Assembly: GCF_006345805.1 (NCBI RefSeq)
Contig: NC_042998.1
Coordinates: 193,936,001 to 194,000,000 of the forward strand
Length of the DNA stretch: 64,000 nucleotides
Source: Octopus sinensis
Lineage: Eukaryota
Reading direction: 5' to 3'
In this document: piece after piece, positions 11,742-24,111 of the stretch
Numbering within the stretch: position 1 is the stretch's first letter
Layout of the letters: every line of letters begins with the position of its first letter
The notes under the pieces: generated by a model
The model's database searches: none
What the model was told of the DNA's origin: nothing
The model's input: only the letters and a program-made list of their open reading frames with translations
Position numbers and translations under genes: made by a program

Positions 11742-12246
11742 CAGGGTTATTAAAAAAGAGAGAGCAGATTTTAAGTTTATTTTTGAAACAAACAGTAATT
11801 TCTTGATAGGGGAAGGTTTGAAGATTATTTTTAGGTAGTATGCACTCAACATGAGCACCGTGGGCACCAGTGCTTTTTCCTTTACAAATGTAACCTTTTT
11901 CTTTGAAATTTTTATGCCATTCATAGATTTGCTTGTGACAAGGTGGATTTTTATCGAATTGGCAGCAAAATTCATGTTGCACTTGCACAATTGTTTCGCA
12001 TTTCTCAAACTGCAGAACACAAAAGGGATTACACAAATGAAAAGAATACAACTTTAAATAAATTGAACAAAATGAAACATTAAAACAAAATTAAAATATA
12101 TTATTTCAGGCTTAATTCAATTGATCATGGTCAGCTATAAACTTTAAACCTTCCCCTATAAAGAAATATGTAGAATGTGTTTGTGTCTCTTACCATTTGG
12201 TTTAAAAATAAATTTGAAATCTGCTCTTTCCTTTTGAATAACCCCG
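11742..12246 (-). mobile_element. Internally deleted Tc1/mariner element with an N-terminal transposase HTH relic
   Basis: TA flanks; ~50-bp imperfect TIRs (CAGGGTTATTAAAAAAGAGAGAGCAGATTT vs the reverse complement at the right end); minus frame FCVLQFEKCETIVQVQHEFCCQFDKNPPCHKQIYEWHKNFKEKGYICKGKSTG resembles Tc1/mariner N-termini. Confidence 0.75.
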
Positions 12247-12339
12247 TATATATACATACATATATACCTATGTATACATATATATACATACATAAACATA
12301 TATAAATATATGTATATGATGTATAAACATATATACATA

Positions 12340-15160
12340 TCATCATCATTTAACATCCACTGTCCGTGCTCTCATGGACTGGATGGTTTGACCAGATCTG
12401 GCAAGCTGGAGTCCTGCACCAGACTCCAGTCCAATTTGGCATGGCTTCTACAGATGGATGCCCTTCCTAACATCAACCACTTTACAGGGTGTGCTGGGTG
12501 TTTTTACATGGCACCATATGGACACTATTATGTGGCACAACACAGTCACTTTTACATGACACCACATGGGTGCTTTTACGTGTAATTGCCATGAGTGCTT
12601 TTTACATGGCACCAGCACAGGACTCTTGCAAGTCAAACCTCACCACCAAGGGAACCATTCTTAACAAGTATGCTGTGGAGTACAGGTCTTCTTGAGTACA
12701 GCAAGGCACCAGACTTCTCAGTCCTTTATCATCTTGAATGAAATATTCAGCATCCTTAAGTCATTCTTCAGTACTTCGTCATATATCTTCCTGGGTTTCC
12801 CACTTCCACATGTTCCATCTACTTTGAGAGATTGGTATTTCTTTATGGAGCCTTCAGCATCCATCCACATCACATAACCAAACCAGTGCAGTGTTCTCTA
12901 TTAGTTGCTGTGTGCAACTAATTCCTCTTATGCCTAACTTCTCTCTCAAAACACTAGCACTCTGTCAAACACATACACTTACATTGCACATCCAGCTTTT
13001 TGCATGTCCATAGCTTACACTGGGTACACTGCAATGGAGTTCTACCTACACCTTTCCTACAAATCGAACAGAACCTGTCAGTTTCTTGCTTATTAGGACC
13101 TTTGCTAAGTTAACCTTAAGGCCCTTAGATCCAATGTTTTGCTTCCACAGCTGGAATTTCTCTTCTAGCTCTGATATGGAATCTGCTATGAGGGTAAGAT
13201 CATCAGCATATAGTAGTTCACAGAAGATACCAGTGTTGAATTCCTCTGTTATGTCCTGGAGGATAATGATGAAATGGAGGGGACTAAGGACTGAGCCTTG
13301 ATGAACCCCTACCTGTACACCAAATTCTTTGTTGCACTCATGTTTAACTCTCATCTTACAGACAGTGTCTTTGTACATGGCTTGTACAGCTTTCACCAGC
13401 CACTCATCTATCCCTAGCCTTTTCAGCACTCACCGTATCACACAGCAAGGTATTCTATCAAAGGCTTTCTCTATAGATCAACAAATGCCAAGTATAATGG
13501 TTTATTCTTAGCTAAGTACTTCTTTTACAGTTGCCTGACTATGAAAATTGCAGCAGTAGTGCTTCTTCTATGGACAAAGTTGAACTTTATTTCATCTAGC
13601 TTAATTCTGCTCCTAATTAATTGGGCTATAACACTCTCAGTAATTTTCATCACCCGGTTCAAGAGTTTGGTTCTTTTATGATTGCTTCTATCTAAAGTAT
13701 AACCCTTACCCTTGTAGGAGCTAACAATAATGCTGTTACACCAGTCCTTGGGTATTACACCTTCCTGAATCACCTGGTTGTCTATGTGGGTGACTAGCCC
13801 ACATACCAGATTTTTTGAGCATCATAGCCTTGATTCCATGATTCTGGATGGATCAGGGGCTTTCCCAGTCTTCATGGTTTCAATTGCCTTATCTACCACA
13901 CTGCTGTCCACTTGGATAGCTGGTCCCTCTGTTGGATTCACATGAGGGAGACTTTCTTTGTCCCATTCATTCTCTACATACAACAGTCCCACATAGTAAC
14001 TTTTCCATGCCTCTTTCTGTCCACATCACTAAGTGCAAGCATACCATTATCCATCCGCACACACTTCTTTCCTACAATATCTCGATTCTCATTGAACACT
14101 TCAAGTCTTTGATCTTCACACTGTAGGACTTTGGCAACCTCTTCTTTTCTGATTCTACCCAAGCCAGATAATCCTGATGTTTAGCCTCCCTTTTAGCCTT
14201 TTGATATGATTCCTTGCTAGCCCCTCTTTTCCACCCTTTCCAGACCCATCTCTTCTCTTTTATGGCCCTGTCAACAGTATTGCTCAACCATCACATCACC
14301 CTTGGTCTGGCAGAGACTTTGCTCTAACTAGAAATTTGATTCATTACCCTTAGTAGAGTGTCTCATAGGAACTTCCAGTTGTCATCTACGTCATGTTTCT
14401 ATTTCTTTCTCCTTCTCATCAAAGCCCTCATTAAGAACATTGGATTACATTTCAGGATCTTTCTGGCCCTAAGCCTGAAGTCACTAACCACTAACTTACA
14501 TTAAGATGAACATTCTTCACCTTGGAAATCTTTGCATTTTCAAGCATATATCTATTCCTGTCTGGTGAAGATGCAGTCAATTTGACTAGTTTGTCCCCCA
14601 GGTTGATAAGTGATCAGATGGTTGACAAGTTTTTTGAAGTTTGTGTTGCAGACCAGTAAGCCATGAGCATCACAAAACACCAGCAGCCTTGCTCCCTCCT
14701 CATTTCTGGAGCCAAAGCCATAGCCACCATGCGTACCCTGAAATCCATTAAAGTCTTTTCCAACATGTCCGTTGAAATTTCCTGCCATAAGAAGAATGTC
14801 ATCGTCTTTTGTCGTTGATGTAGTCCTCAGAAGGGATTCGTAGAAGTGGACCTTCTGAGTATCTGCGAGTCTGGTGTGCAGAGCATATGCAGAGATAACT
14901 GACACAGTTATCAAACAAGGCTATTCTTAGCTTAATAATCCTATCACATACTCTAACTACCTCAATCACATTATCCACCAATTTCTCTGCTAGTAGAATA
15001 CCTAGCCACCCTGGCTCTCATTGTTGCCTAGCCAAAAGTTTGTATCTATGCCCTTTGCCCATAAGCAGTCTAGCTTATACCTCTTGGACACGGCATACAT
15101 CTACATGTCTCCGCTCAAGCATTTCAGCTATCTCTCCAGACCTTTCATAATGCCAACAAT
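12340..15160 (-). mobile_element. Degenerate RTE-like LINE (APE endonuclease + RT) with 3' tail
   Basis: 14914-14552 VISAYA..GNFNGHVG..GYGFGSRNEEG..IDCIF; 13773-13525 IPKDWCNSIIV..YKGKG; 13429-13046 GVHQGSVLSP..LLYADDL; many stops and frameshifts. Confidence 0.9.
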
Positions 15161-15639
15161 GATTGTGTCAACTCTCTATTGATAGATAAATTAATTTCAG
15201 CTTAGATCATTAAACTTTGTAGTGAGATATGCCTCCGTCATGGGAAGATGTGAATGGTGCACCCACTGCTCCTAAGAGGAAACAAAATGTGGATGCAGAG
15301 CAGACAGCAGCTGCTGAACAACAGTCTTTTTTTGGAAATGGCACAGTAGGTTGTAAGACAGTTGACTTGGTTCCATCGGACACTGGGTTTGAGAAACATG
15401 TACCAACACTCAAGGCCACCTCAAGCAACAAAAGATCCAAGGTAGCCACCTCTGACACCTCTACATATGCCAGACCAGTGGTCACTATCAACACACTATA
15501 TGTTGCACCAGTAGTTCTGCTGAACATCTGGGGCCTTGTAATTTCCCACCAATGCAAAAACCCAATATGTGAAAGACTTAGTGACATGCAATCAAGCAAT
15601 ATGCATGGCACTGACAGAAACACATCTGAGCACTGAGAT

Positions 15640-16610
15640 ATCAGATGTTGAGATACACATGCCAAAGCATGTTGGATTGTGAACCGACAGGAGAGAAAAG
15701 ACTCATGGTGAAGTTGCAGTGTACATCCAGGAAGATGCCACACCTGTAATCCTGCTGTCAGACTCAAACTCAGTCTGTGACACTCTGGTGGTACATATTA
15801 AACAGATGAAAATGGTAATATTTTCTACATGTCACCTACGAGATTCTCCAAATCATGGGGACTCATTCAAAGAGAGTCTTACAAAGATGGAAGAAGTGTT
15901 AACCAACATTGATGACCACCTTCACACACTTCTTTTAGAAGCCTTCAACCTAAATAATATCAAATAGCCTGGGTACCACCTTCTCTTGGGTATGTCACTG
16001 CATGAAGAGGCAAGCAGAGGGTCTGTTTGACCTCACAAACATGCTCTTTATGGAGCGAATAGTGCTCCACCCAACAAGGGGTAAAAATGTTTTGGACCTC
16101 TGTTTCACAAATAACATGGTACTCATCCATAATGTTAAGGTAACACTGACGATTCTTTCAGATCATAACTTAATAGAAGTAACAATGTATGGTCTGCAGA
16201 AAACTGCAGGCATGCAAGCTACAAGAAGCAGCCGATTCCTCTCCAGCCTGAACTTTCATAAAGCTGATTGGAAGGATATTGAGAACGAGGTCATGAAATA
16301 AAGCTACATAAAGCACTTTATGGCAGCCATGCATAACATGCACAGTAAGTTTGCTCCAGAGAGAATGCCAAACCAACAGTAAAATATAATTCCCAGGAAT
16401 CGAATTCTTATGAGATGATGAGCAAAGATCTCAAACCGTTTAAAGGGGCCACTAAAGGATCCTATCTCAAACAAACATTGCTCAAGATCAAAAATGACCT
16501 CATAGGAAGGGCAGAGAAAGAAGGTAGGGCTGTCAAAAATATAAAGACAAATCCCAAATCTTTCAATAGATTTGCAAAAGATTCTACTTCAGTTCAATAC
16601 AAGATAGGGC
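15640..16610 (+). mobile_element. CR1/L2-group LINE endonuclease fragment
   Basis: Frames 15719-15967 and 16002-16301 contain HPTRGKNVLDLCFTN..LSDHNLIEV..LNFHKADW; interrupted; no RT. Confidence 0.65.
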
Positions 16611-18042
16611 TATATATATTATTGTGCCTGGGGAGAGTTGTTCTGTTTTAATGCCTTATTAATTAAAGCACTCACCAGTTCGATTTCCACTCTGGACTGG
16701 ATTGCCTATGTTCAGTCTACTGCAGAATGAAGGTCTCAGCATGTTCTCTCCACCAACCACAATCTGATGTGGAGGCCATGAATTTGAGTTTGAGATGATG
16801 CTGGTTTAGTGAACCGACTCTGCCACACTGGCTTGACAAGGTTTGGAGGGTGACCTGAAGGTGCTATATCAGAACATGATGGGTGCTGTAGAACTCCCCA
16901 GCCAAGCTCTCAAATGGCATTTTTAGTCAAATTAGTGACATAGGAGCAAGTGTTGTGTTGAAGCATGCCATGTCACTGGTGGGGGTCATTTCTTCACATA
17001 ACTTTATTGAAAGAGGAATTAAGAACAAACAGATTACGAGCTTAAGTGGCCTTCAATTTTATTTAACCAGTGGTAATAACAGTGTATGTATGAGACATTT
17101 TATTTCACGTGGATGTAGGCTTCTTTTACTCAGCAAAATAAGAAAGCTGTACATATCATCGCGAAAAAGTCTATAAGATACAAAATCTATGATTTAAATA
17201 AATGTACATTGGATAATAGATACACTACGACTGGAAAAAAATAGACTCGATGGACTGTCCGATCCTCCCAACCTGGGCAAAACAACAACAAATTTGAAGT
17301 ATAGGAACAGACAAGATTAGCTACGCTGAGTTAGATCGAACACAATTCCTAATAAGTAGAATTATAGCCATATTGAAAGGTGTTAAATAAGAGTGGTCAG
17401 CAAAAGTTATCACAAGTAAAACGAAATACAAACTTCAGGTTAAAAAAAGAAGAAAAAAGAGGCAGTGCCTACGAGAACCAAACTCCTTAAATAAAAATAT
17501 AATTGAATTTAGAAGACAGCACATGAAAAGAATCGGAAAAGGGGATAACTGAAATGTCCACGGGTTACATTCTTCACACAAGATATAAAAGTTAATTCAA
17601 AATCACTTTTGCGACAAGAGACACAAATAAATATTTAAGTTAAGTTTACGTGTCACAACCAGAACAGCAGACGAGACGAGTGCGTGTGTGAGTTGCCTCC
17701 GTTGATCGCTTGGCCGGTAACAAATAGCAGCCGAGTCTTCAAATTACGCCTTACTGTCTTAAATAAAGGGCAAATTTTGGCAATATGGGCCCTAATAGAT
17801 TCAAAATATTTTTTTAAAGGCTGATGGTTACGACTGGAATATTTTTGACCATTGATTTGCTCGTTAAGGGTTTCAATATCGAAACGTGGTATTGTGAGGG
17901 AGTGATGCTTGGAGGAACAAAACGAGAGGAATGTTCCGCTGCTAAACGAAAAGAATGAAATCATGATGAGATATTTATGTCTGCTTTTCAAATTGGTGAT
18001 CAGAGGGGGAAGAAAATGTGTAAAATGTTGTAAAATACTTAC

Positions 18043-18087
18043 ATATAACAACACCAACAGGGAAATAATTCCCGGTAGGTCAGCCAT
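18043..18087 (-). CDS. SELENOF: Selenoprotein F (Sep15) coding exon 1, signal peptide start MADLPGIISLLVLLY
   Basis: ATG at 18087 in AAGATGGC context; 45 nt, hydrophobic; followed by a GTAAGT donor (18042-18037); phase 0 joins exon 2 in frame and completes a signal-peptide-like N-terminus. Assigned by fit rather than by homology. Confidence 0.8.
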
Positions 18088-18120
18088 CTTCGTGGTCTGT
18101 CTACAACCGGAAGTGACGTA
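18083..18120 (-). promoter_or_regulatory. SELENOF proximal promoter/start region: ETS-CRE composite (CCGGAAGTGACGTA) and YY1-like AAGATGGC
   Basis: CCGGAAGT at 18107-18114 overlapping TGACGTA at 18114-18120, 20-33 nt upstream of the ATG; GCCATCTT at 18083-18090; locally CpG-rich flank. Confidence 0.6.
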
Positions 18121-18462
18121 GAACATTTGTACGTTGCATTTAGTTTATTGCACTTATAGACATTGGCTTGGCATTGTATATATTTTTGCTGCTTCTACAC
18201 CAGATGTTATTCCTTACATACATACAAACACACACATACATGAACACTCACACACGTGTGTGTTCAAAACAGTCCAGTGATGGCCATCCTTTCTTTTTAG
18301 TGAATATAGGATTACATTGGCACTGTCATGCTTTTAGTTGTCAGAAGTGAAAGTAGAAAATGGAATGTACGCCACACATTCTTTAATACACTTCCCTTTT
18401 GATTACCAACTCTGAGATCACCTTGATTCTTTGATACAAAATTACCGTTTAAAATTATTCAA

Positions 18463-18682
18463 CCCTTTCGTTACTGTATTTATTTTGAGATGCTCTGTCT
18501 TTTTCAATTAATTTTAAATATAACAAAGAATTTATTAAAATAACTTCGTTATCATTCTCCTAGTGTTAGGCACATATATTGTGACTAAGGTTTGGTGGAA
18601 GATTTTAATTCAAAAATTATGAAAACAAGACATTTGTATTACAGATCCAGAGGCTGTTTCAGGCAGGTTGGTATCGAAAAGG
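18463..18682. mobile_element. piggyBac-like MITE, family 1 (opposite orientation to the 145-361 copy)
   Basis: Similar to the reverse complement of 145-361; degenerate TTAA flanks (TCAA/TTAT). Confidence 0.75.
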
Positions 18683-19819
18683 TTATATTAAAAGCTTCCA
18701 GTTTCCATGTTAATTTAATACACTTCCCTTTTGATACCAACTCATGAGATCACCTTGATTCTTTGATACAAACTTACCGTTTAAAATTATTTAAATCAAA
18801 AGCTTCCAGTTTCCATGTCATTTTATGTTACAAACACTAGCTTAATAATGACAGTTATTTTACCAAATTCTTTATTTTCAAAATCAATTGAAATAAAGGT
18901 ATTCTATTTCAGAGGTTTGACTGTTGTTTCTAACAGATCAAGTGACCATGTATAACAACGGTTCTCAAATTTTATTTTATTTTTCGCTACACATAAATCA
19001 ACTAATTTCTTTTGCATTACACATAGAAATTTTTTTGTTATTATTTTGGAAACTATTACGGCGGAGTTTCGAATCAGGACGCCTACATCAGTTAGATTTT
19101 CTCTGTTTTGATGGGATTTTTCCAATTTTTTTCACCACATCCTTCGGAATGGTGGGAAGCATCTTTTTATGAAAAACAATTTTAAGATTTTTGTCGCCAC
19201 CCTCCTCCGGACCGATTTGACTAATTTAGAGAACACTACGCCCCCAAAAAATCACGGGAGAATCTTTTATGGCATGTTGCACGACCACCTCGTTTCGTTT
19301 TTGTTTTTTTCATTCTCACAAGTATTGATGTTTTTCATTTATGCTATTAAAAAATGTGAAAATATATGATTTTTTTTTTCAAAGCAATGGAAGTTAGTGC
19401 TAATTACAATTGCTCAGCCAGGCCTGACCTTAATAATAATATCAATATATCTGTAACGGGAGAAATTGATTTATAAACAATAAGATGAAATGTCGGACTC
19501 AGCAGTTGTGACGATAAAAATTTGTTGTTATTATTGCATACTGTAGGATGTGAAAGATAGACAATGCATGAAGTTTTAAGGAAATATTTATTTACCGTTA
19601 CGTTACAATACCTTGCCTCGACGAGCAGGTTATGATAAATACAAAAGCATGCGAAGTAAAGTTTGGTTGTGGTAGAATTTTTTTTTTTTTCTTTTTGCAT
19701 AGTTTGGCGTACACAAATTGTTAGTAGTAGTCCACAGATAACGATAGATGATGTAGTGAGAGAACAGAATTAGAGCTAGTGAGAGTTGTAGGGTGTGGGA
19801 CGTTGTCTCACAGTTGCTG

Positions 19820-20168
19820 ACAGTAAAACTCCCTTTTGCCGAACCGCTAAGTTATGGGGACGTAAACACACCAGCATCAGTTGTCAAGCGATGTTGGGGG
19901 GACAAACATATATACACACACACACCCCATGCTAGCACGGAAAACGGACGTTAAACGATGGTGATGATTATATATATATATTATATATATATATATACAC
20001 ATATATGACGAGCTTCTTTCAGTTTCCGTCTACCAAATCCACTCACAAGGCTTTGGTCGGCTCGAGGCTATAGTAGAAGACACTTGCCCAAGGTGCCACG
20101 CAGTGGGACTGAACCCAGAACCATGTGGTTAGTAAGCAAGCTACTTACCACACAGCCACTCCTACGCC
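19820..20168 (-). mobile_element. tRNA-derived SINE family B
   Basis: Reverse complement of the 63615 type. Confidence 0.85.
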
Positions 20169-20520
20169 TATACTTGCAAAAACTACAATTAAATTGGCCC
20201 ACTCATACATATTCTGGAGACAGACATAGCTGGGTGGTTAAGAAGTTTACTTCACAACTAATGTGGCTTCAGATTTTATCTCGGGCATGTGTCTTCTACC
20301 TCAGCATCAAGTTACCAAAACTTTGTGAGTAAAATTTTGACAGGCAGAAACTTTGTGCCAAGCCCAATGGATGAACCTTTACTCTTCTTGGATGGTGCAC
20401 TTAATCTGTTCCCTTGTTTAACACCACCACCAGCATCAACACCCAACACCAACATCTGATACTTGGGTACATTTATTGATATTCCTTTTATTACAAGCAA
20501 TTTCAAATACTTACACAGGT

Positions 20521-20674
20521 GCACGCATGGCTGTGTGGTAAGAAGCTAGCTTCCCAACAACATGGTTCTGGGTTCAGTTCCACTGCATGGCACCTTGGGT
20601 AAGTGTCTTTACTATAGCCTCAGGATAACCAAAGCCTTGTGAGTGGATTTGGTGGACAGAAATTGAAAGAAGCT

Positions 20675-20680
<6 letters not shown>
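20521..20680 (+). mobile_element. tRNA-derived SINE family B, 5' part (tail resumes ~20960-21180)
   Basis: Head matches 63615; interrupted by (TA)n and the 20785-20940 palindrome element. Confidence 0.75.
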
Positions 20681-20715
<35 letters not shown>

Positions 20716-20784
20716 GGAGTAAACACATAAATGTGAAACAAGGTGGAAAAAAGAGTACTCAAATACCAGTGGTAGAGTAATATG

Positions 20785-20940
20785 CTTTATTTTAAGCAGC
20801 AGAAAATTCAACAAAATCTGTTACTCTGAGTTTCTCGTTGCTGTTCATCAGACAGTTTTCTAGCAAAAACTGTCTGATGAACGGCAACGAGAAACTCAGA
20901 GTAACAGATTTTGTTGAATTTTCTGCTGCTTAAAATAAAG
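20785..20940. repeat. Near-perfect palindrome (75-bp arms, 6-nt spacer) carrying hammerhead-like motifs; probable inverted Penelope pseudo-LTR
   Basis: 20785-20859 is the reverse complement of 20866-20940 with one mismatch; the right arm reads ctgt-CTGATGA-acggcaacga-GAAA-ctcaga-GTA-acag. Confidence 0.85.
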
Positions 20941-22794
20941 TATATATATATATATACATATGTATGTATGATGTGTGTGTGTCTATTTATCACCCCATCA
21001 CCATTTGTCAACAAGTGTTAGTGTGTTTACATCCCCATAACTTAGCAGTTTGGCAAGAGACCAATAGAATAAGCACTAAGCTTCAAAAAATAAGTCCTGG
21101 GGTTCATTTGTTCAACTAAAATCCTTCAAAGTGGTGCTCAAGCATGGCCACAGTCAAATGACTGAAACAAATAAAAGAATATATATATATAGATATCATT
21201 ATCATCATCATCAACATTTTTTATATAAAATTTAGCTGCTATACATAACTGTTGCCCTTGTCAAAACCTTCATATTACAAGAGTTTACTATGTACTACCT
21301 CAATTTGTTTGTGTCCCTGTCAATAATCTGCTTTCAATACAATCTGACTTCATGTTAGTATACCAATGATTGTGTCTATATATATATAGATACACAGATA
21401 TGTATATGTATCATTCCTCCTCCTTATCATCTAAAGCATCATCACCAACAACAATCTGCATACACTTTTCCATGCTGTCATGGGTTGGATGGGTCATCCT
21501 AGTTCAAGTTAATCTTTATTTGAAGTTACTGCATTTCTAATCAGCAACCATGTCTCACTCATACATTCCATTTTTAGCATTGTTTCAATGGTTGGATGAT
21601 CTTACCACCAACCTCATCAGAGAGTGTTCTAGATATATTTTATTGTGATACAACACTGAAGATAATGCCATGTTCACAGCAAGACGAAAGAGGTAGTCTT
21701 TGTTCTTTTGCTTACCTGCACAAGAAGGCTGTATTTCCTCCATATATTCATTCCTTTCTTTCAGACACTACTGGGTGGGAAGAGGCCCAGAGTAAGAAGG
21801 TGATAGAAGATTAACAGATGGGAAGAGCCTGAATTATAAAAGCAAGAGGGTATTAGAAAAGCATCATGGGAGAGAAAATGAAGGAGTTGGTGGACTGTGG
21901 ATAGAGGTAAGACAGAAATGGTGATAGAAGATAGAGTTATGTAAAAGGACCAGAGTAAGAAAGTGATAGCAGAGAGAATAATGGAAGAGAACTAGAGAGA
22001 TGGAAGCAAGGCAATAGAGGAGAGAATAAAGAAAGAGAGTAGGTGATAGACAGCTATATGGGGATAGTTGGTAATGAAGCTGAATAAAAACAATATGAAT
22101 GATATGGCAGGAACAATAGAGTGATTAAAAATGCATTGGAAATGAGAGAGAAGTGGAGAGTGAGTGATGGGTGTCAAAATTGTGTAATAGAGAATGGAGT
22201 AGTGTAAAAATAAAAGGAATGACAGATAACAATGAAGATGGATGGTGGCAACGGGATAGGAATGATGAATGTCAATAATGAGTGACAAGGAGAAGGAATA
22301 ATGAAAGAGAGTGGTGGCTAGCAGTAAAGAATAGTGATGGTAAGGTGAGGGTTGAATACAGACAGATGCAGTGCGAGACAATCACTTGATACACATGTGC
22401 CATAATGGGAGAGAGTTACCGTGGTAGTAGAGAAGCACATATGAAAAGGCATGAGTGACAGAGAAGAGGACATTGGACACTTAATATGAACATAATGATC
22501 ACGAGAGACCCAAACGTAGATTTTAAAATTCTTAATTTCCATCACTTATCACTACCATCCTTTTTACATCCATCTTTATTTCATGCCTGCCACAAGTTGC
22601 AGACAATTTTCATCCCTTTTGAGAAGCTCAGTCTCCTGCAGTCAATCTTCACAACTTCATCCCATCTCTTACTTGCATTCATCTCCCAAAGGTTCCATCC
22701 ACACATATTTTATATACATACAGATCATCATCATCATCATCATCATCGCTTAATGTCTGTTTTCCATGCTAGCATCTCAAAAAATTTGGTTTTT

Positions 22795-22945
22795 GGTTGG
22801 CGTTAGGAAGGGCATCCAGCTGTAGAATCCCTGCCAGATCAAGACTGGAGCCTGGTGCAGCCATCTGGTTTGCCAGCCCACAGTCAAACCATCCAACCCA
22901 TGCTAGCATGGAAAGCGGATGTTAAACGACGACGATGATGATGAT
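22795..22945 (+). mobile_element. SINE family A, 3' fragment
   Basis: GGCGTTAGGAAGGGCATCC..CCATGCTAGCATGG tail. Confidence 0.8.
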
Positions 22946-22959
22946 ATATATACAGGTGC

Positions 22960-24111
22960 AGACATAACTTGCTTCCGCGCTTGCGTCAGTGTATTCAGTG
23001 TGTTGATTTTTGACGAGATGGATGGATTATTTTGAGATGCTTGGCAGCGGTTTGTCAGTGAGTGTTGTACCAGTGGAAAGGAATGTATTCAAGCCTTAGT
23101 GATTATAAACTGTCTTCAGCAGAGGAGGAGCTCGTTAAGGCAGTAAATAGAATGAACAAGCATTTGGAAAGAGTAAAGAGTTTTGCTGAGGCTACAGAGG
23201 TGAAGAAAAGGGAAGTGGACCTAGCAGGACTGAAGGAGCTGAGTAAGATGACACAGAAGGTGGGCGGTGACATAAAGTTATTACCCCCAAAAAGGGTTAT
23301 AGTAAATATGGAAAAGAAGACCATTACCTACAAGGTGTACTCAGTGGAGCGGATGGAGATGAAAAAAGTAGAAAAAACTCTGAAGGGGCTTTTGAAGGAA
23401 GTGACATATATAGCGAAAAGAAATGGTATGGGACGGTGGTTGTCCAGTTTAGGACAGCGGAGGAGGCAAAGAGGCTGGCAAGTACAACAGTGAGAACAGA
23501 GGAAGTAGTACTTGTACCCACGTACCTTGGAAGAAAGACTTCTAAGGTGAGGGCAGAAGGAACCCCACCTAATATAGAAGTGGCTTGGGTTGCAGCAGCC
23601 GTCCTCATGGGTTGTGAGGAGGAGGTGGATGTCCTCCAAGCCAGAGACGGAGGAAGGAGGATATAAAGAAAAAACATTGGAAATCATCATTCAAGCAGAG
23701 GTGAAGCAACTGGAAAATTTGGTGGACACGGTGACATTGGGAGAAATAGTATTGAGAGTATGGGTAGAGGGCAGAGTTCCGCGATGCTTTAAATGTGGCC
23801 AAGAAGGCCACATTAGAGCTCACTGCCCTCTACAGAGGAAAACGACAGAAGAAGTGGTGCTGGAGACGGAGGAGAAAAAGAAAGAAGTACAGATAGATAG
23901 AAGGAACAAGGAGGATGAATGGACATTGACAGAGAATAAAAGGAAAAAGAGAAAGAGGAGGAAGAACAGTCAGTTCTCCATCCCACCCAAGACCACTCAG
24001 ACCCACCCTCCCCATAAAGACACCAAACTCATCCACCCCTCCTCTACCCACAGGAAAAAAAAAGAAGAAAGAACAGACACCGCAAAATTTACAAGACCTC
24101 TCCCTCGGTGA
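22960..24111 (+). mobile_element. L1/Tx1-like ORF1 (gag-like) relic with CCHC zinc knuckle
   Basis: Overlapping frames 23062-23493, 23436-23666 and 23590-24111 give a basic N-terminus, then VVQFRTAEEAKRL.., then RVWVEGRVPRCFKCGQEGHIRAHC and a Lys/Arg-rich tail; at least 2 frameshifts. Confidence 0.7.

Noticed and set aside
15229-15636. 135-aa ORF upstream of the CR1-like fragment
   Set aside because: No recognisable domain; at most a decayed ORF1 of the adjacent LINE.
18168-19800. Divergent partner gene (e.g. HS2ST1, as in mammals) on the plus strand
   Set aside because: No sulfotransferase-like or other recognisable coding exon found.
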